From an uncultured virus (IMG/VR IMGVR_UViG_3300018080_006410) (taxonomy: Duplodnaviria; Heunggongvirae; Uroviricota; Caudoviricetes), in IMG/VR virus record IMGVR_UViG_3300018080_006410: a stretch of DNA of 64,000 nt, one strand, 5' to 3'. A program made the translations under genes and the position numbers. The notes under the pieces are model-generated. The model ran no database searches and had not been told where the DNA came from. It saw nothing but the letters and a program-made list of their open reading frames with translations. Shown here piece after piece: positions 8,868 through 17,845 of the stretch (position 1 is its first letter; each line of letters starts with the position of its first letter).

Positions 8868-9268
8868 CCTTCCATCTCCTTTTCCAGCTTGGCCATCCTC
8901 GCCCTCATCATCAGGCCGTCAGCGATGACCGAAGACAGCTCCACGGCCGTCATCAGAGGCCCTCCGTGCTCGTCCACCTTCCTGCGCACGCTCTCGGCCG
9001 TGGACAGGCCCCAGCGGCTCGATATGCGCCCATACAGCGTCTCCACGGGCGTCCTGGCAAGCGAGTGGGTCGTCCGAACCCCCGCCGCCAGCACCATCAC
9101 CCTGAGACTCTCGCCAACCTCGGCCATGTCGGACTCCAGCTTCCGGAGCTCCTCCCACGCCCTCACCTCGTCGTGGTCGCGGCAAGCCCGGCCTCCCTCG
9201 ATCAGCAGCGTCTTCCGCTTGCTGACCTCCTGGCCGCAGACCACGCATGTCACCGTCTTCGGAGGCAT
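8864..9268 (-). CDS. Zn-finger hypothetical protein
   Basis: MPPKTVTCVVCGQEVSKRKT...ACRDH. Confidence 0.65.
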   Translation of the reverse strand: MPPKTVTCVVCGQEVSKRKTLLIEGGRACRDHDEVRAWEELRKLESDMAEVGESLRVMVLAAGVRTTHSLARTPVETLYGRISSRWGLSTAESVRRKVDEHGGPLMTAVELSSVIADGLMMRARMAKLEKEMEG

Positions 9269-9666
9269 CAGCCCAGCTCCTCGAACCAGTCCGACAAGGG
9301 CTCGAAGAAGGCCCCGTCGTAGACCATGCACCAGCTCCGACTGTCGCCCTTCCCACAGGAAACGCTCCTGACGTTGCCGCGCTTGTCCAGAAAGGCCACC
9401 CGGCTGCCAGAGACCGAGGCCCGAGCCCCTCGCCGAATGGAGACATGGCTCGCGGCATCCCGGAATGGCTTCCTGAGCCGATGAGTCGCCTGCAGGGGGC
9501 ACTCCCCGGCCGGGGAGCCGGCCCCCGCCTCTCCCCCGCGTGCGTTCAGGGCCTTGACGACCATGTCGGCATCGTCACTCTTCGCGCACATGGCGACAAC
9601 GCGGTTCTCCACGGAGTCCACCACGAAGAGCTGGGCCATGAACTCCTTGCGGCCAAACCTCCCCAT
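9268..9666 (-). CDS. Hypothetical protein
   Basis: MGRFGRKEF... Confidence 0.55.
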   Translation of the reverse strand: MGRFGRKEFMAQLFVVDSVENRVVAMCAKSDDADMVVKALNARGGEAGAGSPAGECPLQATHRLRKPFRDAASHVSIRRGARASVSGSRVAFLDKRGNVRSVSCGKGDSRSWCMVYDGAFFEPLSDWFEELG

Positions 9667-9668
9667 CG

Positions 9669-10202
9669 TCAATCTCCCGCCTTCCTCTTTCCTCGCCATT
9701 CCATCAGCCGGTCCCGAAGACCCTTGTCCAGACCCTTGATGTCTAACAGGTCGAAAAGAAGAACGCTGCTCTCCGCGACACCTGTCAGCTCGGCGTACTT
9801 GGCGAACCCGATACGCCTGTTCTGCGGGTCGTCGCACTTCACCCAGCCTTCGCCCATGCACTCCTCGATCAGCTCCTCGAAGGTCGGAGGCTCAAGCGAT
9901 CTGGCAGGATCATCAGGTTCCAGGCTCTCCAGCATCCCGATGATCTTGAGACGCTCCTCCTCCTCGTACTCCCTGCGGTCGTAGACCTTCACCATGGGAA
10001 CCTTGGCGAACCGCCACTGGAAGCAGATCGTCCGCTCCTCCCCGTCGTCGCCCTCGTAGAAGGCGACATGCCCCTTCGTCGCCCTCTGCAGGTCATCGCA
10101 GGCGAGCACGGTGACGCCCTCCAAGGGCCCCAGGAACTCCCGGAGGGCCTCGACCGACTCCCGGCTCGTCATCACTTCTGCCTCCACGTACCTCATCGCC
10201 AT
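9669..10202 (-). CDS. Hypothetical protein
   Basis: ORF track; RBS GGAGGGG. Confidence 0.65.
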   Translation of the reverse strand: MAMRYVEAEVMTSRESVEALREFLGPLEGVTVLACDDLQRATKGHVAFYEGDDGEERTICFQWRFAKVPMVKVYDRREYEEEERLKIIGMLESLEPDDPARSLEPPTFEELIEECMGEGWVKCDDPQNRRIGFAKYAELTGVAESSVLLFDLLDIKGLDKGLRDRLMEWRGKRKAGD

Positions 10203-10209
10203 CCCCTCC

Positions 10210-10533
10210 CTATATCGTCGCCTGAACGATGCCGCCAGCCATGTCCACCACGATCTCGGACGCGGCCGTCATGTCGACGAGGACCCCGTAGCCCAGGTTG
10301 AGCCTGTCGTTCCAACTCAGGTTCCTGGCCAGGGTCGCGTCGGACAGCTCGGAGCACAGCATCACGCTTCCCCGAACCTCCCCGTTCACCTCGATCCTGA
10401 CCGCCCGCATCGACTCCCTGGAGACCCCAAGCAGACCGTCCGCGTCGGAGACGACATGGCTTCCAGGGTTGGACAACGTCTTAGGATCGATCCTCGCCAT
10501 GTAGTCCTCTCTGCTCTCGAAAGCCATCGTCAC
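10210..10533 (-). CDS. Hypothetical protein
   Basis: ORF track. Confidence 0.6.
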   Translation of the reverse strand: MTMAFESREDYMARIDPKTLSNPGSHVVSDADGLLGVSRESMRAVRIEVNGEVRGSVMLCSELSDATLARNLSWNDRLNLGYGVLVDMTAASEIVVDMAGGIVQATI

Positions 10534-10626
10534 GCCTCCTCTGGTGTCCGGACCCCGCCTCCGTTCCGCCTCATGAGCCCGTCCAGGCCATGACGCGCGG
10601 CTGCCTTCAATCTATCATGCGCATAG

Positions 10627-11607
10627 TCATCCGTCGCGGTCGGCCCCCCACATATCCACCTTCGAGACGGCGTTCGGGTTGTAAACGCCAGGCCCCACCC
10701 GCAGGCCGGCCCAGAACTCGGCCTCGCCCACCTCCCGAAGCGGCAGGACCGAACGCCTGATGGCCTCCTCGTACTCGTCGCCCAGCATGACACTGTCCGA
10801 CCAGACCAGCGTCGTGACGTCCACCCCCTTGCAGCCGCGCAGAACCTCGTGCCAACACTTGAAGACGAAGGTCTCTCCCCTCTTGGACGTGACCCTGGAC
10901 GCCGTTTCGGACACCCACTCCCTGCCCCGGCTCAGGCATTCCCTCATCCTCGCGACATCCTCGTCGACTGACGAGCAGACGAACAGGGTCACGCCGTCCG
11001 TCGCGGGAGGAGCGGCCTTGTCCTTCCGGTCCCAGGCCGCGGCCGCCGCGTTCCCGCACGCCCCGCACTTCCCGGCACACCCCATCATGGCCTTGTCCTC
11101 CTCGGCCTCGATCCTCGCCTGAATGGTGTCCATCGAGCTCGTCGGAGCCGAGAACGGGAGCCTCGGCTCCTCCATCCGGTCGGCGCCATGGCCGTTTCTC
11201 TCGGCCTCGGAACACACCTCCCGCAACTTCAGAAGCGCTTCCTGGAGCCGGTTCTCCCTGGCATGCCTCGGACAAGGACTGTCGCCCATCTCGTCGCAGG
11301 TGCAGGGGTCACGTCTCCCAAGCTCCGCCTTCAACCGCTCGACCTTCCGCTTCAGCTCGACCGCCTCGGCCTTGAGCCGCCTCACCCGGCTCGGCTCGGC
11401 ACAGCACTCGTTGTGAGGCCATCCCCGCGCCTTCTCCTTGAACCAGTTCCCGCACTGGGCCATCTGGTCGCAGTCCTCCCGGGTCCTGCCCCAGGTGACG
11501 ACATGCTCCTTCCCGGTCTCACGATCCCACCCGAACAGCATGAGCTGGTCGAGCCCCAAACTCTTGCCCAGCTCCCTGGCCACCTTGACCGGTATTCTCT
11601 TCGGCAT
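10627..11607 (-). CDS. Composite hypothetical protein
   Basis: MPKRIPVKVAR...EHVVTWG; coiled coil; Cys motifs. Confidence 0.6.
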   Translation of the reverse strand: MPKRIPVKVARELGKSLGLDQLMLFGWDRETGKEHVVTWGRTREDCDQMAQCGNWFKEKARGWPHNECCAEPSRVRRLKAEAVELKRKVERLKAELGRRDPCTCDEMGDSPCPRHARENRLQEALLKLREVCSEAERNGHGADRMEEPRLPFSAPTSSMDTIQARIEAEEDKAMMGCAGKCGACGNAAAAAWDRKDKAAPPATDGVTLFVCSSVDEDVARMRECLSRGREWVSETASRVTSKRGETFVFKCWHEVLRGCKGVDVTTLVWSDSVMLGDEYEEAIRRSVLPLREVGEAEFWAGLRVGPGVYNPNAVSKVDMWGADRDG

Positions 11608-11813
11608 CACTTCACCTCCCTCTCCTTCGCCTGCCTGAACGCGGCCTGGACGCACAGCGCCGCGTACTTCGCGTCGTCGAGGGCGTTGTGAGCCCCCAGG
11701 CCCTCGACAACAAAGGTGCTGCGGTCGAACCCCAATACGTCACACGCGGTCCGCACGTCCCTCGCGGAGTCGTAGGAGAAGGGCCATCCCTTCTTGTAGT
11801 GGTCGAAGGCCCA
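11607..11813 (-). pseudogene. Headless C-terminal remnant of a DEDDh 3'-5' exonuclease (Rv2179c/ExoVIII-like)
   Basis: Not in the ORF track; reads WPFSYDSARDVRT...HNALDDAKYAALCV with the ExoIII H-x-A-L-x-D motif; preceded by an in-frame TGA, no ExoI/II motifs. Confidence 0.7.
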
Positions 11814-12012
11814 TCAGGAAATCACCAAAGCGCTTCTCGGCAGCCTGCAGCATCCGAAGCTCGTGACTGATCGTCAGTCCTGTCGGGCTTGATTTGCTTC
11901 CAGGTCTCATCACCTTCCCCCCGCAACTCCCATCATGAAACCTGTCGGCAAACTCCCGGCGAGCCATGACCCTCCGGCAGACCTCCAGCTTGAGTATCTT
12001 TTCCTCGAACAT
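11740..12012 (-). CDS. Hypothetical protein (lower GC) overlapping the exonuclease remnant
   Basis: ORF track. Confidence 0.5.
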   Translation of the reverse strand: MFEEKILKLEVCRRVMARREFADRFHDGSCGGKVMRPGSKSSPTGLTISHELRMLQAAEKRFGDFLMGLRPLQEGMALLLRLREGRADRV

Positions 12013-12015
12013 CGC

Positions 12016-12552
12016 TCAATCCTTCCCGCAGCCCTTGCAGGGCTTCTTGTTGTCCGTCAAGATCCTGGCCTCCCGAGCCTTGATCCTCCGGGCCGTGTTC
12101 ACGAAGACGGCCGTCAGGACAGGCCCCATGCCGAACCGCTTCTCGTTGTGCTCGATGCTCTTGAAGATGTCGCCGTCGTCGTGTCTGTCGCATGCCGAGA
12201 CCCAGTCCGCGAACATCTCGTCGAGGTCGACCAGGTCCATGTCCAGGACGCCGTTCTCGTGGAACTCGGGATGGTGCCGGTTGGCCGCCCGGTGATGGTG
12301 GACGGCGCTCGTCAGAGGCCCTCCCACCTTCGGGTCCTCCAGCTGCGCCTTGTACTCCGGGCTCCCGTAGGTCAGCCCCCGGAGCCGATGGAAGGCCCCG
12401 CTGAAGCCCTCCCGCTCGCACTGGTCCGTCAGCTTGCTGGCGTCGTGGCCCCTGGCCCTCTCGGCCAGCTCGGCGATGAAACCCCCGATCAGCTCGCGCA
12501 CCCTCTCGACGTGCCTCAGATGATCCTCTCTCCAGGTCGTCTCGTCAGCCAT
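12016..12552 (-). CDS. DUF5662-like HD-type metal-dependent hydrolase
   Basis: HDASK...HHRAANRHHPEFH...DLVDLDEMFADW. Confidence 0.8.
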   Translation of the reverse strand: MADETTWREDHLRHVERVRELIGGFIAELAERARGHDASKLTDQCEREGFSGAFHRLRGLTYGSPEYKAQLEDPKVGGPLTSAVHHHRAANRHHPEFHENGVLDMDLVDLDEMFADWVSACDRHDDGDIFKSIEHNEKRFGMGPVLTAVFVNTARRIKAREARILTDNKKPCKGCGKD

Positions 12553-12847
12553 CGCCCAACCTCCCCTTGTCCTTCGCGTACTTCATCCATCTCAAGACCG
12601 CCTCCTTCTTGTCCTGAGCGGCATCGGACAGGTGGTCGTCCCATCCCGGCGGGATGAGGTCGTCCTCCTCCAGCATCCTGGCCACCGCCACGACATGGGC
12701 CAGCTCAGTGGCGATCCTCTTCGCGCTCGTCCCCCCGTCAACCGGGTTGCAATCCCCAAGGCCGAAGCGAAGGGCCTTGCAGACCTGGTGCCCCACCTCG
12801 GCGCACTCCTCCGCCAGACACACGAGCAAATGGTCTTCGACGGTCAT
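12545..12847 (-). CDS. MazG-like nucleotide pyrophosphohydrolase
   Basis: LAEECAEV...KALRFG...ELAHVVAV (EExxE/ExxD-type helices; final D appears as H). Confidence 0.7.
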   Translation of the reverse strand: MTVEDHLLVCLAEECAEVGHQVCKALRFGLGDCNPVDGGTSAKRIATELAHVVAVARMLEEDDLIPPGWDDHLSDAAQDKKEAVLRWMKYAKDKGRLGDG

Positions 12848-13224
12848 GACCCCACCCCTTCGTCCTCTTCCGGCATCACGCGCCAGAGGTCCACCCGGGC
12901 GAACCAGGCCACCTTGCGGCCCCTCAGGAAGAAGGACATATCTCCCTCCCTCCCCCTCTTCCAGGAGTCCGCCTCGGCCACCGTCCTGACAGTATCGCCA
13001 TTCGGGTCGAAGACCAGCACCTGGTAGGACCGGACGGAATCGTTCGCCTCCGCGGCGGGGAAGGACTGGCCATCTCCCATCAGGCGAAGCGTCGCCCCCC
13101 TCATGACGGCCTCCAGCACGTCCGACCCCCGAAAGGCCATGGCCTCCAGGATGGCCTCGGCCTCCTCGTCGACGCCCCTGGCGGCGGCCAGCACCGCCGC
13201 CAGACTCTCGCTCAGCTTGCTCAT
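12844..13224 (-). CDS. Hypothetical protein
   Basis: ORF track. Confidence 0.6.
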   Translation of the reverse strand: MSKLSESLAAVLAAARGVDEEAEAILEAMAFRGSDVLEAVMRGATLRLMGDGQSFPAAEANDSVRSYQVLVFDPNGDTVRTVAEADSWKRGREGDMSFFLRGRKVAWFARVDLWRVMPEEDEGVGS

Positions 13225-13616
13225 GTCCTCTCCTCCAAGAGGCCCGCCAACCGCGGACCGTAAAGCTCGACCAACTCCTTCGCCGCCGGCGTCCCGTCAG
13301 TCATCTCCGGCACGTCGACCACCACAGCCTCCACCTCGATCGCCTCATCCCGAACCGGAAGCGCACCCGCCGGCGGAAGCTCCCTTCCCTCAACTATACG
13401 TGCCCAGTCCCACTTCTCCATGCTGGTGTTCCTCGGCTCCGCTAAACAACTCCGGATGGGCTTGCCCTTCCAGGTCGCCAGGAACCCGACCCCGCACTTG
13501 TGGCACCTGTACCGGCGGACGTTGCCCGTCCGGTCCGAGACGTACCTGAACGCGAAGGTGCCCTCGCAGGCCGGGCATCTGACCGGCCAGCCAGATGGGA
13601 AGTCAGCCGCCGGCAT
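13221..13616 (-). CDS. Zn-ribbon hypothetical protein
   Basis: CPAC...YRCHKCG. Confidence 0.6.
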   Translation of the reverse strand: MPAADFPSGWPVRCPACEGTFAFRYVSDRTGNVRRYRCHKCGVGFLATWKGKPIRSCLAEPRNTSMEKWDWARIVEGRELPPAGALPVRDEAIEVEAVVVDVPEMTDGTPAAKELVELYGPRLAGLLEERT

Positions 13617-14112
13617 CCTTCCCCTCCTTCCAGACCATCTGCATGTTGGTGTAGACCGCGATGTCGATGCCGTTCCGCCTGGCCCGCATCGTGATCGGGA
13701 ACGGGATTCCGGGGCCAATCGGCGACGGCTTCGCGCACTCGTCGATCATCATGGCCACATGGCCCGAGGGCAGGTAGAAGACGGCCTTGCTCGTAGCCAT
13801 CTCGGAAGGCGCGCCTAACCACTCGGACCTGGTTTCCTCGACAAGCCACGGGACCGTGACGACCCCGTCGCCCAGAAGGTGCAGGAGAAAGCCCTGATAG
13901 CCAATGGCGGACGCATCCGCCATGAACCGCCTCCGGCCCCAGTTCGTCAAGCTGTACGGCAGCTCCACGCAGGAAATCGTGCTCGGCTCCCAGACCGAGA
14001 CCGCCGACAGGTACTCGTCCGGCATGTGCTCCGCCCCGCAGCCGGGGCAGATCGCCGGATGGCCGTACTCGTGCGTCGCCGCCCTCTCGCACTTGCCGCA
14101 CTCCGAGACCAT
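13603..14112 (-). CDS. Zn-ribbon hypothetical protein
   Basis: CGKC...CPGCG. Confidence 0.6.
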   Translation of the reverse strand: MVSECGKCERAATHEYGHPAICPGCGAEHMPDEYLSAVSVWEPSTISCVELPYSLTNWGRRRFMADASAIGYQGFLLHLLGDGVVTVPWLVEETRSEWLGAPSEMATSKAVFYLPSGHVAMMIDECAKPSPIGPGIPFPITMRARRNGIDIAVYTNMQMVWKEGKDAGG

Positions 14113-14600
14113 CAGCCATGCCCCCTCAAGATGTCGGCCCTCTCACGATCCCGACACCTCTCCATGCCGTCCTGAACCCTCTTCAGGACGGCCTCGTGAA
14201 GCAGGTTGGGAATGATGTTGGCAAGGTCTCCCTGGCCACCCTTGTGCCTCTGAGAAGCCATCTCGCAGGCGTCCTTGCCCGTCGCCTCCTTGATGAAGCC
14301 AACCACCGCGGCCACGACGGAGGCGTTCTTCTCACTCGTCGCCCTGAGGCGCCTGAGCTCGTTCTCGGCAGCCTCCAGCTGGACCTTGAGGACCGAAGAC
14401 GGATTAGCCCTGGCCCGATCATCCAGCTCGATGACGCAAAGAGGACAGAACTGGGCCTCGTCGAGCCTCTCGTTCATCTCCTCGAAAGCATCCTCGTCGT
14501 CCTCGTCCATCTCCTCGCGGTCGACGACCAGAGCCTTGGCCATGGCCGCACGCCAGACCTCGGTCCCCGGATTGCATTTGGTATGCACCATGCAGTTCAT
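14112..14600 (-). CDS. Hypothetical protein (Cys motif plus coiled coil)
   Basis: ORF track. Confidence 0.6.
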   Translation of the reverse strand: MNCMVHTKCNPGTEVWRAAMAKALVVDREEMDEDDEDAFEEMNERLDEAQFCPLCVIELDDRARANPSSVLKVQLEAAENELRRLRATSEKNASVVAAVVGFIKEATGKDACEMASQRHKGGQGDLANIIPNLLHEAVLKRVQDGMERCRDRERADILRGHG

Positions 14601-14603
14601 AAC

Positions 14604-15719
14604 TCACCCCACCTTCACGTCGTCCAGATTGCCCGGGTCCTTCCAGGAGTCCTCGGCGAAGACCGCCGTGAACAGCGGGATCGGGAAGTCCTCCCTCTCG
14701 ATCCACAGGATGAAGGGCCTGTCCAGGACGTACGGGGGACGGGCGGCACCAGCGGCGGAGCACCTGAAGCTCATGGCCGCCGCGCTCTCGGCCCTGGCGC
14801 CCGTCTCGTTCATCCGGAACCTCGTCTGCTGAACCGCCTCGGCCACGTGCCAGCCCTTCCCGCCGGACCTGACCACCAGGCCGCACAGGAAACTGATGTC
14901 CTCGTGCCGGTCATAGGAGACCATCGGGAAGACGACGCCCTCGTAGCGGTAGTCCGGGGCGTCCGCGAACCGGAGGCTCCTCACCTTCGAGTGGAGTCCG
15001 AAGTCCCCCGGCGGCATGCCCGACGCCACCGTCATGCAGACGCGGTAGCCACCCTTGGCCGCGATCCGGACGACGGGATGGTCGTGCAGGTCCGGATGCT
15101 GGACCAGGCTCACACCCTCATCCAGCCTCACGGCGTCGTAGGAGGCCCCGGCCTTCTCGATGGTCCTCCGGGTCCCCCTCTCCAGCCACTCGCACAGCAC
15201 GTCCAGGATCGACGCGACCGCGAAGCCCTCGGACCCCGGGTCGACCGTCAACTCGATGGTGAAGCCGCGCTCCCTGAGCCACCGGTTGAGCGGGGCGATG
15301 TCAGAGTCGGCCCGGCTCTCCAGGCACCCGACCCGCTCCTCAAGGACGTCCACGGTCGGGATATGCCCGGAGAAGATGTCCATGAACTCCCTCTGCTTGT
15401 CGTCGGAGGGCAGCCAGGCCCCGGTCCCGGCCCCGACGAACCTCTCGGCCGCCCTCAGGCACCCCAGGACGGGCCACACGGCGCTTGTCCCGGAGACGGC
15501 CTCCAGGGTCGTGTCGTCCAGCCTCTCCACCTCCTTCAGGAAGTCGGTCTTCGCGAGGAGCCTCCCCACGAACAAGGCCGCCTGCTCGCCTCCGATCTCC
15601 CGGCCGCCGACCCTCACGAAGTCGGCACCGACCTCCAGGCCGGTCCCCTTCCTCAGCATGCCCCCCAACGGGGAGGCGTGCACGTCCCTCTCGACCCGGT
15701 AGCACGTCACCGTCGCCAT
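14604..15719 (-). CDS. Serpin-like protein
   Basis: C-terminal QQTRFRMNETGARAESAAAM...VLDRPFILWI...PLF matches serpin s5A-hinge-RCL-s1C/s4B signature; ~371 aa. Confidence 0.75.
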   Translation of the reverse strand: MATVTCYRVERDVHASPLGGMLRKGTGLEVGADFVRVGGREIGGEQAALFVGRLLAKTDFLKEVERLDDTTLEAVSGTSAVWPVLGCLRAAERFVGAGTGAWLPSDDKQREFMDIFSGHIPTVDVLEERVGCLESRADSDIAPLNRWLRERGFTIELTVDPGSEGFAVASILDVLCEWLERGTRRTIEKAGASYDAVRLDEGVSLVQHPDLHDHPVVRIAAKGGYRVCMTVASGMPPGDFGLHSKVRSLRFADAPDYRYEGVVFPMVSYDRHEDISFLCGLVVRSGGKGWHVAEAVQQTRFRMNETGARAESAAAMSFRCSAAGAARPPYVLDRPFILWIEREDFPIPLFTAVFAEDSWKDPGNLDDVKVG

Positions 15720-15720
15720 G

Positions 15721-15915
15721 TCATGTCTCCTCGCATTCCGGCTCGACCACCAGGCCGAGCAGCTCCTGAATGTTGTCCGCCACCTCGTCGACGACGGCCT
15801 CCCTCTCCTCCTGGTCGGCGCCCTCCCACTCGTCCGCCCCGAAATGGGAGACAACCGTCTCCGCCACGGCGGCCGCCACGTCGCGCAGCCGCCCCTCTCT
15901 TATCCGCAGGTCCAT
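15721..15915 (-). CDS. Small acidic hypothetical protein
   Basis: ORF track. Confidence 0.55.
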   Translation of the reverse strand: MDLRIREGRLRDVAAAVAETVVSHFGADEWEGADQEEREAVVDEVADNIQELLGLVVEPECEET

Positions 15916-15927
15916 GAGAACGTCCTT

Positions 15928-16572
15928 CTAGGCCGGGTTCTCCGCGCACTCCCTGGCGACGCGGCACCCCATGCACTCCTCGGCCTCCGGGTCGTGGTAG
16001 CCGAAGCACCCCACCCCCGGCGCAGCGGCCACCAGCTCCCTGGCCGCGGCCTCGGCCTCCTCCACCGGGTCAGGCTCCCCAACGGCAGTCGTCGCCTGCT
16101 CGCAGGCCGCGGAGAGGTCGCACTTCCGGCAAGCCTCGTCCTCCGGGCCGTGATGGCCGAAGCAGGGAGGCGGCTCCTGCATGTCGTCGAGGATCGAGCC
16201 ATCCTCCGAATCCAGAGGGACGTCCTCGTCCGGAGCGACCTCCGAGACCGCGACCTCTCCGTCGAGCTCGGCTATGGCCCTGTCCATCACCGCGACATCC
16301 TCCTCGTCCGCCGCCTCGGCCTGCGACTGCGCCTTCTCGACGTCGGAGATGACGAACGGGGTCGCCCCCGGAGGACTGACGACCACGGTCCACGGAGGCT
16401 TCCCGGGGCACCCCTTCTCGCGATGGGCCCGATAGGACGAGCGGGCCTGCGCCCGCCCCTCGAAGCCGCCCTCGCTGGCCCCGCACCTCGGACACCCCCA
16501 GGACCATTCCGAGACGACCCCGGACTTGGCCTCGCCTGACACCAGCATCCTCGCCTTGACGTCACTCATCAC
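15928..16572 (-). CDS. Acidic protein with two CFG-x8-CxxC-x4-C modules
   Basis: CFGHHGPEDEACRKCDLSAAC / CFGYHDPEAEECMGCRVAREC. Confidence 0.65.
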   Translation of the reverse strand: MMSDVKARMLVSGEAKSGVVSEWSWGCPRCGASEGGFEGRAQARSSYRAHREKGCPGKPPWTVVVSPPGATPFVISDVEKAQSQAEAADEEDVAVMDRAIAELDGEVAVSEVAPDEDVPLDSEDGSILDDMQEPPPCFGHHGPEDEACRKCDLSAACEQATTAVGEPDPVEEAEAAARELVAAAPGVGCFGYHDPEAEECMGCRVARECAENPA

Positions 16573-17386
16573 CCAGCTCTCCCTTGGTGTTCCCGTTGGC
16601 CCCGGGCGACTTGCTGAAGTCCGGCCCGACTAGCCTCTCGATGTCACTGGCAACCTCGTCGACGGACTTCCTCATCCTCACGACGCCACGGCCGATCCTC
16701 TTCAAGTACTCGCCCCTCGTGCGCGCCTTCTCCCTCACCTGGGGGTCGACGCACCCCGGGCACGGCTTGACCACCAGCTTCACGCGGCCCCCGACGATCC
16801 GCCATCCCACGCTCTCGAGGTCGTGCTTCTTGCAGCTGCAGCAGACAACGATCTCGCCGTCGACCGGCAACGCCGCCTTGCGCGCCACTGGCGCCGGCAC
16901 GCCGGCGGACCGACGGAGCGTCTCAAGCTCGTCGGCCGCCTCCTTGAGCCTGCGAGCCAGGTCCCCGTTCTCGACGTTCAGCGCGTCGACCGTCTTGTTG
17001 AGGGCCGTCAGCTGCCTCGCCCTCGCCCCCAGCCTCGCCTTCAGCTCCGGGACAGTCGACCCTATGGCCCTCTCCCTCATCCAGCTCTGCGTCCGGGCCG
17101 GGTCAGGATCGACCCACCCGCACGCTTCCAGCTCGTTCGGAATCAGGCACGCCAGCGCCAGGAGCTTGTCGCCGCAGCAGCTGTCAGGCGGAGCCACCTC
17201 CCTGCCGGCCCTGTTCCTCTCCCCGTTGACATCCCGGGTCCAGTTCCGGAGCATCCCCACGCTGACGCCGATCCTGTCGGAAATCTCCTTGAACTGCGTG
17301 TGCGTGGGCTGCCCGGTCTCGCTCCCCGTGCAGTGGAGCCTGATCGCCCTTCCGATGGCCGCGTCGTAGTCGTAGCTCTTCGTCAT
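16562..17386 (-). CDS. HTH and coiled-coil protein with a Zn motif
   Basis: FKEISDRIGVSVGMLRNW HTH; CCSC...CPGC. Confidence 0.65.
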   Translation of the reverse strand: MTKSYDYDAAIGRAIRLHCTGSETGQPTHTQFKEISDRIGVSVGMLRNWTRDVNGERNRAGREVAPPDSCCGDKLLALACLIPNELEACGWVDPDPARTQSWMRERAIGSTVPELKARLGARARQLTALNKTVDALNVENGDLARRLKEAADELETLRRSAGVPAPVARKAALPVDGEIVVCCSCKKHDLESVGWRIVGGRVKLVVKPCPGCVDPQVREKARTRGEYLKRIGRGVVRMRKSVDEVASDIERLVGPDFSKSPGANGNTKGELGDE

Positions 17387-17436
17387 TTCCCGATCTCCTT
17401 GCCTCTTTTGCCTTTATTGCCCGAGCTCGCGGCCAC

Positions 17437-17799
17437 CTAGCCGCCAAGCCGCATCGGCTTCCCGCCAGGCCCCAGGAGCGGGGGCACATGGCGGGCGGCC
17501 ACGATGGACCGCTCCTTCTGCTTCTCCAGCTGCTCCTCCTCGTACTTCTTGATGGCCTTCCCCGCCACGGCGTCGAAGGTGTCCATCGCCCGCCTCACGG
17601 TCGTGCCGCCCGGAAAGGCGAACTCGAAGCCCTGCTCCCTCTCGACCACCTCCTTCGTCTGGGGATGGACACCCTTCACCTTCAGCATGCACACACCCCG
17701 GACGACCTTCCCCTCCCCACCCCTGCAAGGAGTGAAAACGACAAGCTCGCGCCGCTCCTTGTCCCTGTAGCGCTCGATCTTCGCCCAGTCGTTGGCCAT
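17437..17799 (-). CDS. Hypothetical protein
   Basis: ORF track; RBS GGAG. Confidence 0.65.
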   Translation of the reverse strand: MANDWAKIERYRDKERRELVVFTPCRGGEGKVVRGVCMLKVKGVHPQTKEVVEREQGFEFAFPGGTTVRRAMDTFDAVAGKAIKKYEEEQLEKQKERSIVAARHVPPLLGPGGKPMRLGG

Positions 17800-17822
17800 T
17801 GCTCGTCTCCCATATTTGTCAA

Positions 17823-17832
17823 ACTATACGCG
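17823..17832 (-). promoter_or_regulatory. Class 2 promoter-like -10 motif (CGCGTATAGT)
   Basis: AT-rich gap about 25 nt upstream of the ATG at 17799. Confidence 0.5.
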
Positions 17833-17845
17833 CGAAACCGGCATC

